Source of the DNA: Patescibacteria group bacterium
Lineage (GTDB): Bacteria; Patescibacteriota; Microgenomatia; Levybacterales; UBA12049
DNA length: 59,014 nt
Assembly: GCA_041743715.1 (NCBI GenBank)
Contig: JBGTMH010000069.1
Coordinates: 1-59,014, forward strand
Reading direction: 5' to 3'
Part shown: positions 27,278-37,148 of the stretch, piece by piece
How positions within the stretch are numbered: position 1 is the first letter of the stretch
Layout: every line of letters starts with the position of its first letter
Notes under the pieces: generated by a model
Seen by the model: only the letters and a program-made list of their open reading frames with translations
Databases searched by the model: none
Told to the model about the DNA's origin: nothing
Position numbers and translations under genes: made by a program

Positions 27278-27823
27278 TTATTGTTCTTTATCTGGAACAA
27301 AAACAAGTGCGGCTGAATTCATGCAATATCGTTTACCAGTCGGCTCTGGGCCGTCATCGAAGACATGACCGAGGTGACCTCCACACTTATCCAATATTTC
27401 AATACGTGGTTGCCCAATGCTGTTCTCTTCTCGCAACACCAACGCATCAGGTTTGATAGGATCCCAGAAGCTTGGCCAACCTGTTCCGGAGTCATACTTT
27501 TGCTCTGATCGAAAAACCGGTTGGTTGCACCCTGCACTATAATAAGTCCCTTTTCGTGTCTCACCATTGAGCTCCCCAGTATAAGGAACCTCAGTCCCCT
27601 GCTCTCTCAAAATATAATATTGGCTGGAAGAAAGTATTTTCTTCCATTCGGCATCTGTCTTGAATTTACTTTTATCAAACGCGCCTGAAATAATTTTCCC
27701 ATCACTTTCGACAGCTAAGGGTTGTGAAGCACTATCTTTCGGAGTTTGTTTTGAAAGAATAGAATTAGCTGCAATAGCAATTATTGCGATACCAAGCAAA
27801 ATAAGCGGTATTCCTTTTTTCAT
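27278..27823 (-). CDS. msrB: membrane-anchored/exported peptide-methionine (R)-S-oxide reductase
   Basis: N-terminal hydrophobic anchor. CNQPVFRSEQKYDSGTGWPSF, GHLGHVFDDGP, RYCMNSAAL. Confidence 0.9.
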   Translation of the reverse strand: MKKGIPLILLGIAIIAIAANSILSKQTPKDSASQPLAVESDGKIISGAFDKSKFKTDAEWKKILSSSQYYILREQGTEVPYTGELNGETRKGTYYSAGCNQPVFRSEQKYDSGTGWPSFWDPIKPDALVLREENSIGQPRIEILDKCGGHLGHVFDDGPEPTGKRYCMNSAALVFVPDKEQ

Positions 27824-27832
27824 ATAAAATTT

Positions 27833-29557
27833 TTATCCAAAAGTAAATGTATACGCTTCTACCCCAGGAGTTTGAAAACGCAACTCTAATATATGATTTC
27901 CTGGCTTTCCTTTCAAATCAACAATATCATAGAGTCTATCTTCATTGACAGTCACTATGCCATTTTGCACGTCAGTTCCTGAAGATGCACTATCGATTAC
28001 TTTGCCATCGAGTATAACTTGTATCTTTCCATTCACAGCATTACCTTGTTTGAGTACCATATAGACATGTTCTCCGTTAAAATTATATACTAATGCAGCA
28101 TTTTTGCCGACACCTGCGAACTCATTACTAATATACCAATTCCCTCCGAAAGAAAATTTATTTTTAGGTATATTTTTCTCGAGCGTAAAATTTTGCTCCC
28201 CTATAGGTGCTTTTCCGCCTGGCACGAGATAAAGCATTCGCTGTGATCCGAGATAGGTTTCTGGTGAAAGTTCATCACGTGATACTCTTTTTTTGGGTGC
28301 TGAATTGACAGAGCCAGTTACTTCGCGACCTGCTTCCCTAAGAAGCGACTGTATCTTTTTTTCAGTCTCATCATAATTCCCTTCTCCATAATGAGATTCC
28401 CGGATAACACCTTTTGCATCAATGAGATAATGAGAAGGCCAATACTGATTTTTATACGCATCCCACGTCGCGAAATTATTATCCTGCGCGACTGGGTATT
28501 TTATGTTATACCGTTTTATCGCTGACAATACGTTATCAGCATCTTTTTCAAACTCAAATTCAGGAGTATGCACACCGATAACAACAAATCCATCATCTTT
28601 ATACGTGTCATACCATTTCGTGACATACGGCAGTGTCCGGATACAATTAATACATGTGTATGTCCAGAAATCGATAAGTACCACTTTGCCTCTGAGTTCT
28701 TGCATTGTCAGAGGTTTTTCAGTATTTAACCATCTCGCAATACCTGTGAATTCAGGAGCCGTTTCGATTGTCCCTAAGTCACCCACTTGTGTTGTTGATT
28801 CTCTACCACGCAATGCATCAAGTTCTTTTTTAACAGAGTCATTACTTTCAAGTTGGGTTAAAAAACTGCCATATGTCGGAAAGGTATCGAGAAGCTTTGC
28901 TTGAAGTGTTTTGTCGTAATTGGTCGCTATCGAAAGTGCCGTGAGAATCATTATGACCCCGAATACTTGCTGTATCCGTCCAGTGTACTTTGAAAGCAAT
29001 CTACTTTTTGTGAAGAGAGCGCTTCCTGCAGTCGCAAAGATAAAAAGCGGGATGCCGACACCGATGACATAAACTATAGTCACCAGAACCACATTCAGAT
29101 TTACGGCTTGGGTTGCAGCAAGTGTGGCAATTGTGGCGAGAATCGGACCAGCACAAGGTGTCCAGACAATGCCGAGTGCAAATCCAGTGACAAAACCTGA
29201 CCAGAATCCCGTTTTCTGTGGATTAGAAACCATTCCCAATTTTCCACTTAACCGACTCACAGCTCCCTCAAGTTTTTGCGAAAGTGCCGGGATGACCAAA
29301 GTCAATCCGAGAAAACCAATAATCCCCACTGCAAAATAACGAAGTATTTCAGGATCAAAGGGAATAATTTTAACGATATAGGAAATCGAGAGTGTGATAA
29401 GAGCAAAACTAACAACAATTCCAAGTGTAATCCCTAACGGCTTTTTATGTCCCCCACTCGTTGATGCAGATAAAATAATTGGCAATAGTGGCCATATACA
29501 AGGAGCGAAAATTGTGACGAGTCCTGAAATGAATGCGAATAATAGTAGTACTTCCAT
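27833..29557 (-). CDS. dipZ: DipZ-type fusion: CcdA/DsbD-like thiol-disulfide transporter + thioredoxin-like domain + C-terminal beta-sandwich domain
   Basis: FAPCIWPLLP and WTPCAGPIL in the membrane domain, and the redoxin CxxC motif WTYTCINCIRTLP. Same architecture as Mycobacterium DipZ. Confidence 0.85.
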   Translation of the reverse strand: MEVLLLFAFISGLVTIFAPCIWPLLPIILSASTSGGHKKPLGITLGIVVSFALITLSISYIVKIIPFDPEILRYFAVGIIGFLGLTLVIPALSQKLEGAVSRLSGKLGMVSNPQKTGFWSGFVTGFALGIVWTPCAGPILATIATLAATQAVNLNVVLVTIVYVIGVGIPLFIFATAGSALFTKSRLLSKYTGRIQQVFGVIMILTALSIATNYDKTLQAKLLDTFPTYGSFLTQLESNDSVKKELDALRGRESTTQVGDLGTIETAPEFTGIARWLNTEKPLTMQELRGKVVLIDFWTYTCINCIRTLPYVTKWYDTYKDDGFVVIGVHTPEFEFEKDADNVLSAIKRYNIKYPVAQDNNFATWDAYKNQYWPSHYLIDAKGVIRESHYGEGNYDETEKKIQSLLREAGREVTGSVNSAPKKRVSRDELSPETYLGSQRMLYLVPGGKAPIGEQNFTLEKNIPKNKFSFGGNWYISNEFAGVGKNAALVYNFNGEHVYMVLKQGNAVNGKIQVILDGKVIDSASSGTDVQNGIVTVNEDRLYDIVDLKGKPGNHILELRFQTPGVEAYTFTFG

Positions 29558-29572
29558 ATTGTTTTTTTAGTT

Positions 29573-29662
29573 GTCATCCCGACCGTAGTGGAGGGATCTT
29601 TTCAACTGAGCAGCTTGGGTTGAGAAGATTCCTCGGCTTCGTTTCACTTCGCTAGGAATGAC
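29573..29662. repeat. REP/MITE-like imperfect palindrome
   Basis: gtcatcccgaccgtagtggagggatcttttcaac faces gttgagaagattcctcggcttcgtttcacttcgctaggaatgac. The outer 8 bp and inner ~15 bp are complementary. Confidence 0.7.
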
Positions 29663-29674
29663 AAAAGGCTTCCC

Positions 29675-29702
29675 CTGCCAGGTACAAGACTGCACCTGGC
29701 AG
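29675..29702 (-). terminator. hairpin downstream of the fasciclin gene (probable terminator)
   Basis: Perfect 9-bp stem CTGCCAGGT/ACCTGGCAG with a 10-nt loop, 33 nt after the stop. Only a short T4 run follows on the minus strand. Confidence 0.45.
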
Positions 29703-29734
29703 TATGAAAGCATGCTTACCCAATAATAATCTTA

Positions 29735-30340
29735 TTATTTCGGTAAGACAACTGAGTCAATGACGTGCGTTACGCCATTTGAAGAAATAACATCAGCAAT
29801 TTCAATCATTGCTGATTCGTTAATCCACCACTTACCATCTTTTTGTGTAAAAGTAAGTGACTGTCCATTGACAGTTTTGAGTGTCAGACCTTCTGTAATA
29901 TCAGATGATCTATACGCTCCGGAAACAACGTGATATGTCAAAATACCTGTTAATTTTTCTTTATTTTCAGGTTTGACGAGTGTTTCAACGGTTCCTGCTG
30001 GAAGCTTATCAAAAGCTGCGTTGGTTGGCGCGAAAACGGTAAAAGGACCTGCGCCCTTAAGAGTTTCGACCAATCCCGCTGCAGTTACTGCTGCAACTAA
30101 AGTGGTGTGATCACTGGATCCGACAGCATTATCGACTATATCCTTATCAGGAGTCATAAGTGCACCTCCGACCATAACACCTTCTTTTTTCTCCATAGCA
30201 TCGCCACCCTGTGTAACTTGTGGTTGCGCTTGGTTGGCTGTTGTGTTTGTTGTTGCTGGTTTGTTAGCGTTCATAGCGAGAAGTAATCCTCCTCCGAGAA
30301 CGATAACAGCTACCACAACGATTATCATAGTTTTATTCAT
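29735..30340 (-). CDS. exported fasciclin (FAS1) domain protein
   Basis: N-terminal anchor. FTVFAPTNAAFDKLP and THVIDSVVLP FAS1 motifs. Strong SD GGAGGTG upstream. Confidence 0.85.
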   Translation of the reverse strand: MNKTMIIVVVAVIVLGGGLLLAMNANKPATTNTTANQAQPQVTQGGDAMEKKEGVMVGGALMTPDKDIVDNAVGSSDHTTLVAAVTAAGLVETLKGAGPFTVFAPTNAAFDKLPAGTVETLVKPENKEKLTGILTYHVVSGAYRSSDITEGLTLKTVNGQSLTFTQKDGKWWINESAMIEIADVISSNGVTHVIDSVVLPK

Positions 30341-30383
30341 AATTTTTCACCTCCTTTCAACATATAGTTTACTTATAAAAATA

Positions 30384-30396
30384 TTAACTTACTTAA
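30384..30396. promoter_or_regulatory. TTAACTTACTTAA near-palindrome upstream of the fasciclin gene (candidate MarR operator)
   Basis: Differs at only the central base from the perfect palindrome at 30935..30947. Confidence 0.4.
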
Positions 30397-30441
30397 GTAT
30401 ACAGTCCGAAATACAGCTCTTGTCAAGTAGTATTTGGGAGT

Positions 30442-30909
30442 TTATTCCTTTGTGTTATTCACGATAACGGTCAAGACCTTCAAATAGGTTACCAGTTCTT
30501 CGTGTGTAACACCTTTAAGTATTGTGTACATAGTCTTTTTTACTTCGGGCTCTGCAGCGATGATTAATTTATTACCACGGGGCGTAATATGAATTATTTT
30601 CGCCCGCTCATCCAAACGGTCCGGTTCACGTTTTACCAATCCTTTTTTTTCAAGCTGCTTGACCAGTTTGGTTACCATAGGTGGATCATAACTCAGAAGA
30701 TCAGCAAGAACCGAGAGTTTTATTTTCCCATGTTCATGCAATTGGCCCAGAAGCTTCCATTCTGGAATATTGACAGAAAATTGATACAGTGTTTTTGTGA
30801 GATGTGAATGCAGTCTGCTATACGCTGTCCCCTGCAAAAGTCCTGTGCTATATGCGTGAAGGTCTGTGGGATCAATATTAAGTTTTTCTTCAATTAATTT
30901 TTTAGTCAT
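30442..30909 (-). CDS. MarR-family transcriptional regulator (no cysteines)
   Basis: Winged-helix segment LSVLADLLSYDPPMVTKLVKQLEKKGLVKREPDRLDERAKII. Confidence 0.85.
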   Translation of the reverse strand: MTKKLIEEKLNIDPTDLHAYSTGLLQGTAYSRLHSHLTKTLYQFSVNIPEWKLLGQLHEHGKIKLSVLADLLSYDPPMVTKLVKQLEKKGLVKREPDRLDERAKIIHITPRGNKLIIAAEPEVKKTMYTILKGVTHEELVTYLKVLTVIVNNTKE

Positions 30910-30934
30910 ATATTTAGTTATTTCTATAATTTAA

Positions 30935-30947
30935 TTAACTTAGTTAA
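30935..30947. promoter_or_regulatory. perfect palindrome TTAACT-T-AGTTAA in the marR / SGNH divergent region (candidate MarR operator)
   Basis: 6-1-6 perfect palindrome, 26 nt upstream of the marR ATG. Confidence 0.45.
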
Positions 30948-31000
30948 CATTATATATAGTTTTCCTGTTTTGTCAAGTGTTTTGTTATACTTAGATTATT

Positions 31001-31702
31001 ATGAAAAAATATATATTGATTTTAGGCGTGATTATTGGGATTGGTATCCTTTTTTTACTTACTGCTGGAAAACCAATCACAAATAACCAAGACTATTCTA
31101 GTGGTTTTAGATACGTAGCAGTTGGTGACTCCTATACTATTGGTGAAAATGTACCGGAACAAGATGCCTGGCCAGTACTTCTTACCAACCATTTGAACAA
31201 AGAAGGAATTGCAATCAATCTCATCGCAAATCCTTCAGTTACTGGTTGGACGACACAGGATGTCATTGATCGCGCGCTACCAACGTATGAATCCTCAAAC
31301 CCGACATTCGCGACACTGCTTATTGGAGTCAATGATTGGGTACAGGGCATAGAAAAAGAATCCTTTCATAAAAATCTCATCCTTATTCTCGACCGAATGC
31401 AAGCTGAACTACCTGATAAATCCAACCTCATTCTTGTAACCATCCCTGATTTTTCAACGACCCCCAACGGACGTTTGTACAGCAATGGCCGAGATATTTC
31501 AAAAGGGATTTCAGAATTTAATGACGTTATTAAAAAGGAAGGACAAAAAAGAAATTTGCCTGTTGTAGACATTTATCCGGTGAGTCAGGATATGAAAAAT
31601 AATCCAGAACTCGTATCATCCGACGGTCTTCATCCATCTGCCAAAGAATACATCATCTGGGAAAAACTCATCTTCCCTGTGGCATTTAAGATGTTACAGT
31701 AA
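31001..31702 (+). CDS. SGNH/GDSL-family hydrolase, membrane-anchored
   Basis: Block I VAVGDSYTIGE and block V SDGLHPS. N-terminal TM. Confidence 0.8.
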   Translation: MKKYILILGVIIGIGILFLLTAGKPITNNQDYSSGFRYVAVGDSYTIGENVPEQDAWPVLLTNHLNKEGIAINLIANPSVTGWTTQDVIDRALPTYESSNPTFATLLIGVNDWVQGIEKESFHKNLILILDRMQAELPDKSNLILVTIPDFSTTPNGRLYSNGRDISKGISEFNDVIKKEGQKRNLPVVDIYPVSQDMKNNPELVSSDGLHPSAKEYIIWEKLIFPVAFKMLQ

Positions 31703-31725
31703 AGTTCTATTCAGAACAGACTATT

Positions 31726-33858
31726 TTATACATTTGTCATCGGGACATTTTGATTTGAGGGTTGTGGCATTGGTGGTTGCATCGGTTGGATAGGACTCGG
31801 AGGTGGATTTTGTACTGGGTTTTGTTTTCTCTTTCTTATGAAGAAAACAATGCCTCCGGCTCCTATTAATAACAAAAGTAATGGTATACCGATAAGGACA
31901 AAAACGGGTACTTTGTCAGTTATTGCTCCCCACATCCCCTCTTTATCTTCGCCGTTTTTGATAGCATCCTGTGCATCAGACATATAGCCGTCAACGCTGG
32001 GATGAATTGGATATGCGGTTTTTACATTTTGAAATTGCTTGACTGATTTCCTGTGATATCCATTCCAAGAATTAGTGAGGCCTCCGTACCAATCTGTATA
32101 TGTAGGATTTTCTGACACCTGGATCTTATTTTTTTTCATCAAACCCGAAAGATCTTCGATACTTCTAAGAAAATTATAATTCCCACTTTTGCTATCAACC
32201 GCATAGGTTGCAATACCTACTACGTTTCCATATTTGTCAAAAGCCGGACCACCACTATTGCCTGAATCAATAGATGCGTCAGTTTGAATTAATTTCCTCC
32301 CATCCTGATCAGTTTTGATAGAGCTGATTATTCCTTTTGAAACAGTCGGTTTGGCTGAAGATTTATAACTTAAAAGTGCTGATTTTGTCGCTTCGCCTTC
32401 AACCAACCCTGGATAGCCGATTATTAAAAGACTATTACCTTCTCTTACTTTATTTATGTCCCCAAATGTTAGTCCTGGATAAGAAAACTTTTCATTATTA
32501 TTTAATTTTATAATCCCGACGTCCGTTCCTGTCGTAACTTTTTTCCTTATAATTGCATCAGGAGAATAAATATTTGGATACTCATAAGCAACAATTTTTG
32601 CTTCTTTAACATCTTTTGTGACTTTAATTGCATTAAAATAATCTCCTTCTTTTGCTTTCTCCTTATCTACAGTAAATGGTTCATTCCCAAGCTTCACAAA
32701 AAACTTGCTTTCACCTTCCTCAATGACGAGTGATTTGCTATCGAGAAGCGTATAGACAAACTTTAGCAATCCATTTGTTCCCAATGGATCCAACAATGCA
32801 TATTGTACATAATATGCTGCATCGTCTTGACTTATTTCCTCTTGGTTATACAGTAATGTCTCCAATCGAAATAAATCTATAAGAAATTGATCTAGCTCAG
32901 GTGAACCACCATATAAAACTCCTTGTACCAGAGCTTCTTCAGGATGAATTTTCGCGACATGACCATTTGTCCCAATATGACCGTCTTTTGAAATCATGAA
33001 TCCAGAACCTTTCGCGCCCGAACAAAATTTATAATTTGGTTTTAAATATTTAAGCCGATTGGCATGGACAAGTTTTAATTTTGTACAGTAGACATTCCAG
33101 ATATTCACGACCGAGGGATTTGTAAGTTCTGTTATCTTTGTTTCATCAAGCGTTACTTTTGTGTCAGTTACTGCCTTCACGCTGTTGATACTGTTAGAAA
33201 ATACAAATGAATCTATAAAACTTTCTGCAAGATTTGGAGACGTACCGATATTGACATATTTTGCTGTTATTTCATAGTATTTTGCTTCATGGAGTAAGAC
33301 ATATGCATAGTATTCATTTGTTGCTCTGAGCATTTTTTGTTCAAATGTCAGTTTATACATATCTTTTCCATTTCTGACTATTCTTTCTGTCTTAACAAGA
33401 TTTTCGTCCGGTGTAAGATTTGCTTTCTTATCTTTTGTGACATATGAGACAACTTTGTCCAAATCATCTTTTCCAAGGGCAAATTCAGTGGCAATCACAG
33501 AAAGAAGCTCATTTTGATCATGAGCTTCCAAAGTTACAGATGCTCTCCCAAATTGATCATGCAATTTAAATGAGAGCATTTTTGAGTCTTTTTTACCAGG
33601 AGTCATCCCATTTACTTCGCTCCAGTAACTTTTATCAAAATCTATAGAATACCCATATTTGTCTGAATAATAAGAGATTTTCTCAATTAGCGGATTTTCC
33701 TCCAGTTCTGTCAATGCCTTAGGTACATGTGTTTGAGTGATATCAGGCTCTACCGCTCTCCCTCGTACAGTTTGAAACTCCTGGACAACGATAACTCCCA
33801 GCCCTAATCCTCCGATAAGAAACAAAATAATAAAAATTCTTAAATAGACACTATTCAT
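31726..33858 (-). CDS. large trypsin-fold (S1C-like) serine protease anchored at both ends, with a Pro/Gln-rich cytoplasmic tail
   Basis: TNGHVA, DVGIIKL, GNSGGPAFD. N-terminal TM, C-terminal TM, then a PPPSPIQPMQPPMPQP tail. Confidence 0.8.
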   Translation of the reverse strand: MNSVYLRIFIILFLIGGLGLGVIVVQEFQTVRGRAVEPDITQTHVPKALTELEENPLIEKISYYSDKYGYSIDFDKSYWSEVNGMTPGKKDSKMLSFKLHDQFGRASVTLEAHDQNELLSVIATEFALGKDDLDKVVSYVTKDKKANLTPDENLVKTERIVRNGKDMYKLTFEQKMLRATNEYYAYVLLHEAKYYEITAKYVNIGTSPNLAESFIDSFVFSNSINSVKAVTDTKVTLDETKITELTNPSVVNIWNVYCTKLKLVHANRLKYLKPNYKFCSGAKGSGFMISKDGHIGTNGHVAKIHPEEALVQGVLYGGSPELDQFLIDLFRLETLLYNQEEISQDDAAYYVQYALLDPLGTNGLLKFVYTLLDSKSLVIEEGESKFFVKLGNEPFTVDKEKAKEGDYFNAIKVTKDVKEAKIVAYEYPNIYSPDAIIRKKVTTGTDVGIIKLNNNEKFSYPGLTFGDINKVREGNSLLIIGYPGLVEGEATKSALLSYKSSAKPTVSKGIISSIKTDQDGRKLIQTDASIDSGNSGGPAFDKYGNVVGIATYAVDSKSGNYNFLRSIEDLSGLMKKNKIQVSENPTYTDWYGGLTNSWNGYHRKSVKQFQNVKTAYPIHPSVDGYMSDAQDAIKNGEDKEGMWGAITDKVPVFVLIGIPLLLLLIGAGGIVFFIRKRKQNPVQNPPPSPIQPMQPPMPQPSNQNVPMTNV

Positions 33859-33918
33859 GGGTTTAGTTTATTATATGACACATCAATACTAAATACAGTA
33901 CTGCAAAAAAATTTTACA

Positions 33919-34305
33919 TTAGGAAGACACACCAGGTGAGGGAGGCTGGAGGAGTTGTTTTACTTTTTCTACTACTTCATTTGGGGTCGTGTTAGCTTTG
34001 AGGAGAAAGTATTTGGCTCCCCAATTTTGGATAAGATCTTGTGTGTCGGCAAAAATATTAGTTAAGACTATGATTGGAATTTTGTTGAGTGCGGGATCAT
34101 CTTTTGCTATTTTGAGTACCTCCAAACCGCTTACTTTCGGCATGAGTAAGTCAAGGAGCACGATGTCAGGCTTGTCTGTCCGCATTTTATCAATTCCGTC
34201 CTGACCGTCAACAGCGGTTATTACTTCAAATTTTTCATGCGTGAATTTATCCTTGTACATCTCAAGGAGCGCTTGATCATCTTCAACTAGTAGCACTTTA
34301 CTCAT
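33919..34305 (-). CDS. single-domain response regulator (receiver only)
   Basis: VLLVEDD, DIVLLDLLMP, PIIVLTN, and a conserved K in FLLKA. No output domain. Confidence 0.9.
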   Translation of the reverse strand: MSKVLLVEDDQALLEMYKDKFTHEKFEVITAVDGQDGIDKMRTDKPDIVLLDLLMPKVSGLEVLKIAKDDPALNKIPIIVLTNIFADTQDLIQNWGAKYFLLKANTTPNEVVEKVKQLLQPPSPGVSS

Positions 34306-34306
34306 A

Positions 34307-34702
34307 TTATGCTATTTTAAGTACCTCTTTTATTTTATCTACCACGTCCCCTGGCGCAGCACTTGTCTTCATCAGATAGTACGCGGGACGGTTTTCGATG
34401 ACTTCTTGGATGATATTATCGTTAGCATTGAGATTGGTTAATATAATGACAGCTACATTTTCTCCCCACGGATCATCCCGCAACTTTTTAAGCAACGTCA
34501 AGCCATCCATTTTTGGCATCAAGATATCAAGCAAAATGATATCAGGTTTGTCGGCAAGTGCAGTTGCCAATCCCTCATTACCGTCCTGAGCAATCGTCAC
34601 CTCAAAGCCTTCAAGAACACATTTTTTCTCGTAAATTTCAGCCAGTGCAGCATCATCCTCGATCAATAATATTCTTTTACTCCTGGCATTATCCAATCCC
34701 AC
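34307..34702 (-). CDS. single-domain response regulator (receiver only)
   Basis: ILLIEDD, DIILLDILMP, AVIILTN, YLMKT. Confidence 0.9.
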   Translation of the reverse strand: MGLDNARSKRILLIEDDAALAEIYEKKCVLEGFEVTIAQDGNEGLATALADKPDIILLDILMPKMDGLTLLKKLRDDPWGENVAVIILTNLNANDNIIQEVIENRPAYYLMKTSAAPGDVVDKIKEVLKIA

Positions 34703-34746
34703 ACTTATTTATAACACGTCTGCTAATTTCCATCAATACGTTTCCT

Positions 34747-37083
34747 TCAACCGATTTCTTTTTTCACTTTTCGCGCATGGAATGTGTTAGCCATAGGTAG
34801 CGAGAATGCAAAAATACTTCCCTTATCGATAACTGATCGTTCAATCCACAATACACCACCCATTTTCTTTACAAATTCGTGCGAAATATACAGTCCAAGT
34901 CCTGTACCTGTTGTTTTCCCTGCCTGCTTGAGTTTTATTTCATCAAATTTACTAAAAAGTTTGGACTGATCTTCTTTTGCAATTCCGATCCCCGTATCTG
35001 TGACAAAAACGATAATTTTGTCATCTTTTTGCTCGACTGAAATGGTAATACTTCCCTTTTGTGTAAATTTGAGGGAGTTACCTACGAGATTATTAATTAT
35101 CTCAATAAATTTTTCTTTATCTGTCTGGACAAACAATGCAGGACTTTGTTTAATGATGAGTTTTATATTTTTACGATCAGCGAGATTTTGCAACGCCGCA
35201 GTTCCTTCTTTTAGTAACTCATGGATATCATAATCTATCAGTGAAAAATGCAATCTCCCTGCCTCTATTCTCGACACATCCAGCATCTCATTGACAATAT
35301 GAATTAACCGTTCAGTAGACGTCGAAATCATTGTGAGTGGCCTTTTTAATCCTTGATTGATTGGACCATAATCACCATCATGGATCATAGCAACCAGTCC
35401 CCGGATCGCGCTTAAGGGAGTACGCAACTCATGCGATGCAAGTGAGATAAACTCTGTTTTCATTTCATCTATTTCTTTTTCTCGAGTAATGTCATGAAAT
35501 ACTTTTACAACGCCAATTACTTTTTTGTCGAGTATTATCGGTGACACTGTAATCAGGGACGGAAATTTCGTATTATCTTTTCGCACAAGGTAATGTGTAG
35601 CAGTAATTTTTTTCTTTTTTGCAAACACTAGCTTGAGAGGACGGTCTTCTACTGAAATAGCGATACCTTTTTCATCTTGCATAGCAAAGAGATCAACTTC
35701 ACTTTTTCCTATTACTTCACTCTCTCGCCAACCAAGTAACTCTTCAAATGCTCTATTTACTAATATAATTTTGCCGTCAGGATCAGTAGCGATTATCCCA
35801 TCACCTATACTCGCAAGCAGTGCCTCGTCTTCAGCTTTTTCATGCGCTACTTTTTCTTGATTCTTCCTTCGTTCGGTAATATCTAATGAAAGAATAGAGA
35901 TACCTTCAGAAATTGGTTCGATTCTGAGTTCAAACCATTCAGTACTACCATCTGGAAAATCAAATTTAGTTTCCATATGATGCGGTACCCGCTCTTGCAT
36001 CGAGCGTTTTAGATGAACAAATAAATCTGTTTTTTCAATACCAGGATACATTTCCATCATTGTCCTACCTAAAAGCTCATCTTTACGTTTCCGGCCTTGT
36101 TTGATGACTTCTTTGTTAACATATAAAAAACGCCAATCAAAACCGATTATCTGAAAACCCTCGGACATATTATTCAATGTGCTTTGCAATCGCTCTTCTA
36201 TTTTCCGGCCTTCCGCAACAGCAACTGAAAGCGCCAGCGCGGTAAGTGTCGTGACATCCATGAAAATTTGAAGCATAAGTAATGCAGTATTTTTCGAAAA
36301 TACTGCAAATGGCCCAAATCCTTGTAATGTTCCCCAAATCGCGAAACACGCGAATAGCACGATTGCACTAACAGTTTCACGACGGCCAAATCGGAACGCA
36401 ATCCAACCGATAACAGGAAGACAGATAAAAGTGAGTGGGTAGGTTTTGGCTATTCCACCAAAAAGTATTACAGAAACCAAAATGAGTACACTAAATGCAA
36501 TGAGCGCTTCTAATTTTCGGCTTTTACTTGAATACAAAGGATGCCTTGCTGCCCAGAAAATAATAAAAGGCGCTACTATAAGTGCTCCAGTCGCGTCCCC
36601 CATCCACCACGTGAACCAAATGGGCAAAAACTGCGACCACTGCGCATAACCACCTAGAATAAGACTCGTAACACCAATATTTGCACTCACTGTAGTACTG
36701 AGAAGCGCAGCCAAAACAGTAAATCTAAAAAGATCTTGCGCGCGAAGAAAAGCATTCCTCCCATGCGCAAAATGATTTACTAAATACGCTCCAATTACAG
36801 CTTCCAACGTATTCCCTGTTGCTATACCAAGCGAGGTAGCAACTGAACCGGCTGTGGTGAGGTTGGTCAGAAATGCAGCGATAAAAATTGCCGGCCAAAA
36901 CCGGTAACCAAAAAGCAGACATGCGGCAAGAGCAATACCTGTTGGTGCCCAAACCGCGGTGGAGCTCGTATGAACAAACGCAAGCATCAATCCCATTTTG
37001 CCTGCGATAAAATAAGATAAAGCTATTGATAAAAAAAGTATTATACTTTTATACTTATTATGTCGTTTGTTAAATAACACCAT
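34747..37083 (-). CDS. sensor histidine kinase: MASE1-like membrane domain, two PAS-like regions, HisKA, HATPase_c
   Basis: About 8 N-terminal TM helices (AVWAPTGIALAACLLFG). H-box SHELRTPLSAI. G-box GTGLGLYIS. Confidence 0.9.
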   Translation of the reverse strand: MVLFNKRHNKYKSIILFLSIALSYFIAGKMGLMLAFVHTSSTAVWAPTGIALAACLLFGYRFWPAIFIAAFLTNLTTAGSVATSLGIATGNTLEAVIGAYLVNHFAHGRNAFLRAQDLFRFTVLAALLSTTVSANIGVTSLILGGYAQWSQFLPIWFTWWMGDATGALIVAPFIIFWAARHPLYSSKSRKLEALIAFSVLILVSVILFGGIAKTYPLTFICLPVIGWIAFRFGRRETVSAIVLFACFAIWGTLQGFGPFAVFSKNTALLMLQIFMDVTTLTALALSVAVAEGRKIEERLQSTLNNMSEGFQIIGFDWRFLYVNKEVIKQGRKRKDELLGRTMMEMYPGIEKTDLFVHLKRSMQERVPHHMETKFDFPDGSTEWFELRIEPISEGISILSLDITERRKNQEKVAHEKAEDEALLASIGDGIIATDPDGKIILVNRAFEELLGWRESEVIGKSEVDLFAMQDEKGIAISVEDRPLKLVFAKKKKITATHYLVRKDNTKFPSLITVSPIILDKKVIGVVKVFHDITREKEIDEMKTEFISLASHELRTPLSAIRGLVAMIHDGDYGPINQGLKRPLTMISTSTERLIHIVNEMLDVSRIEAGRLHFSLIDYDIHELLKEGTAALQNLADRKNIKLIIKQSPALFVQTDKEKFIEIINNLVGNSLKFTQKGSITISVEQKDDKIIVFVTDTGIGIAKEDQSKLFSKFDEIKLKQAGKTTGTGLGLYISHEFVKKMGGVLWIERSVIDKGSIFAFSLPMANTFHARKVKKEIG

Positions 37084-37148
37084 CTACTTCAACTATAAAA
37101 GAGGTATGGAAGGAAAAGCAAGGGTAAGTATGGTATCATAATTATAGT

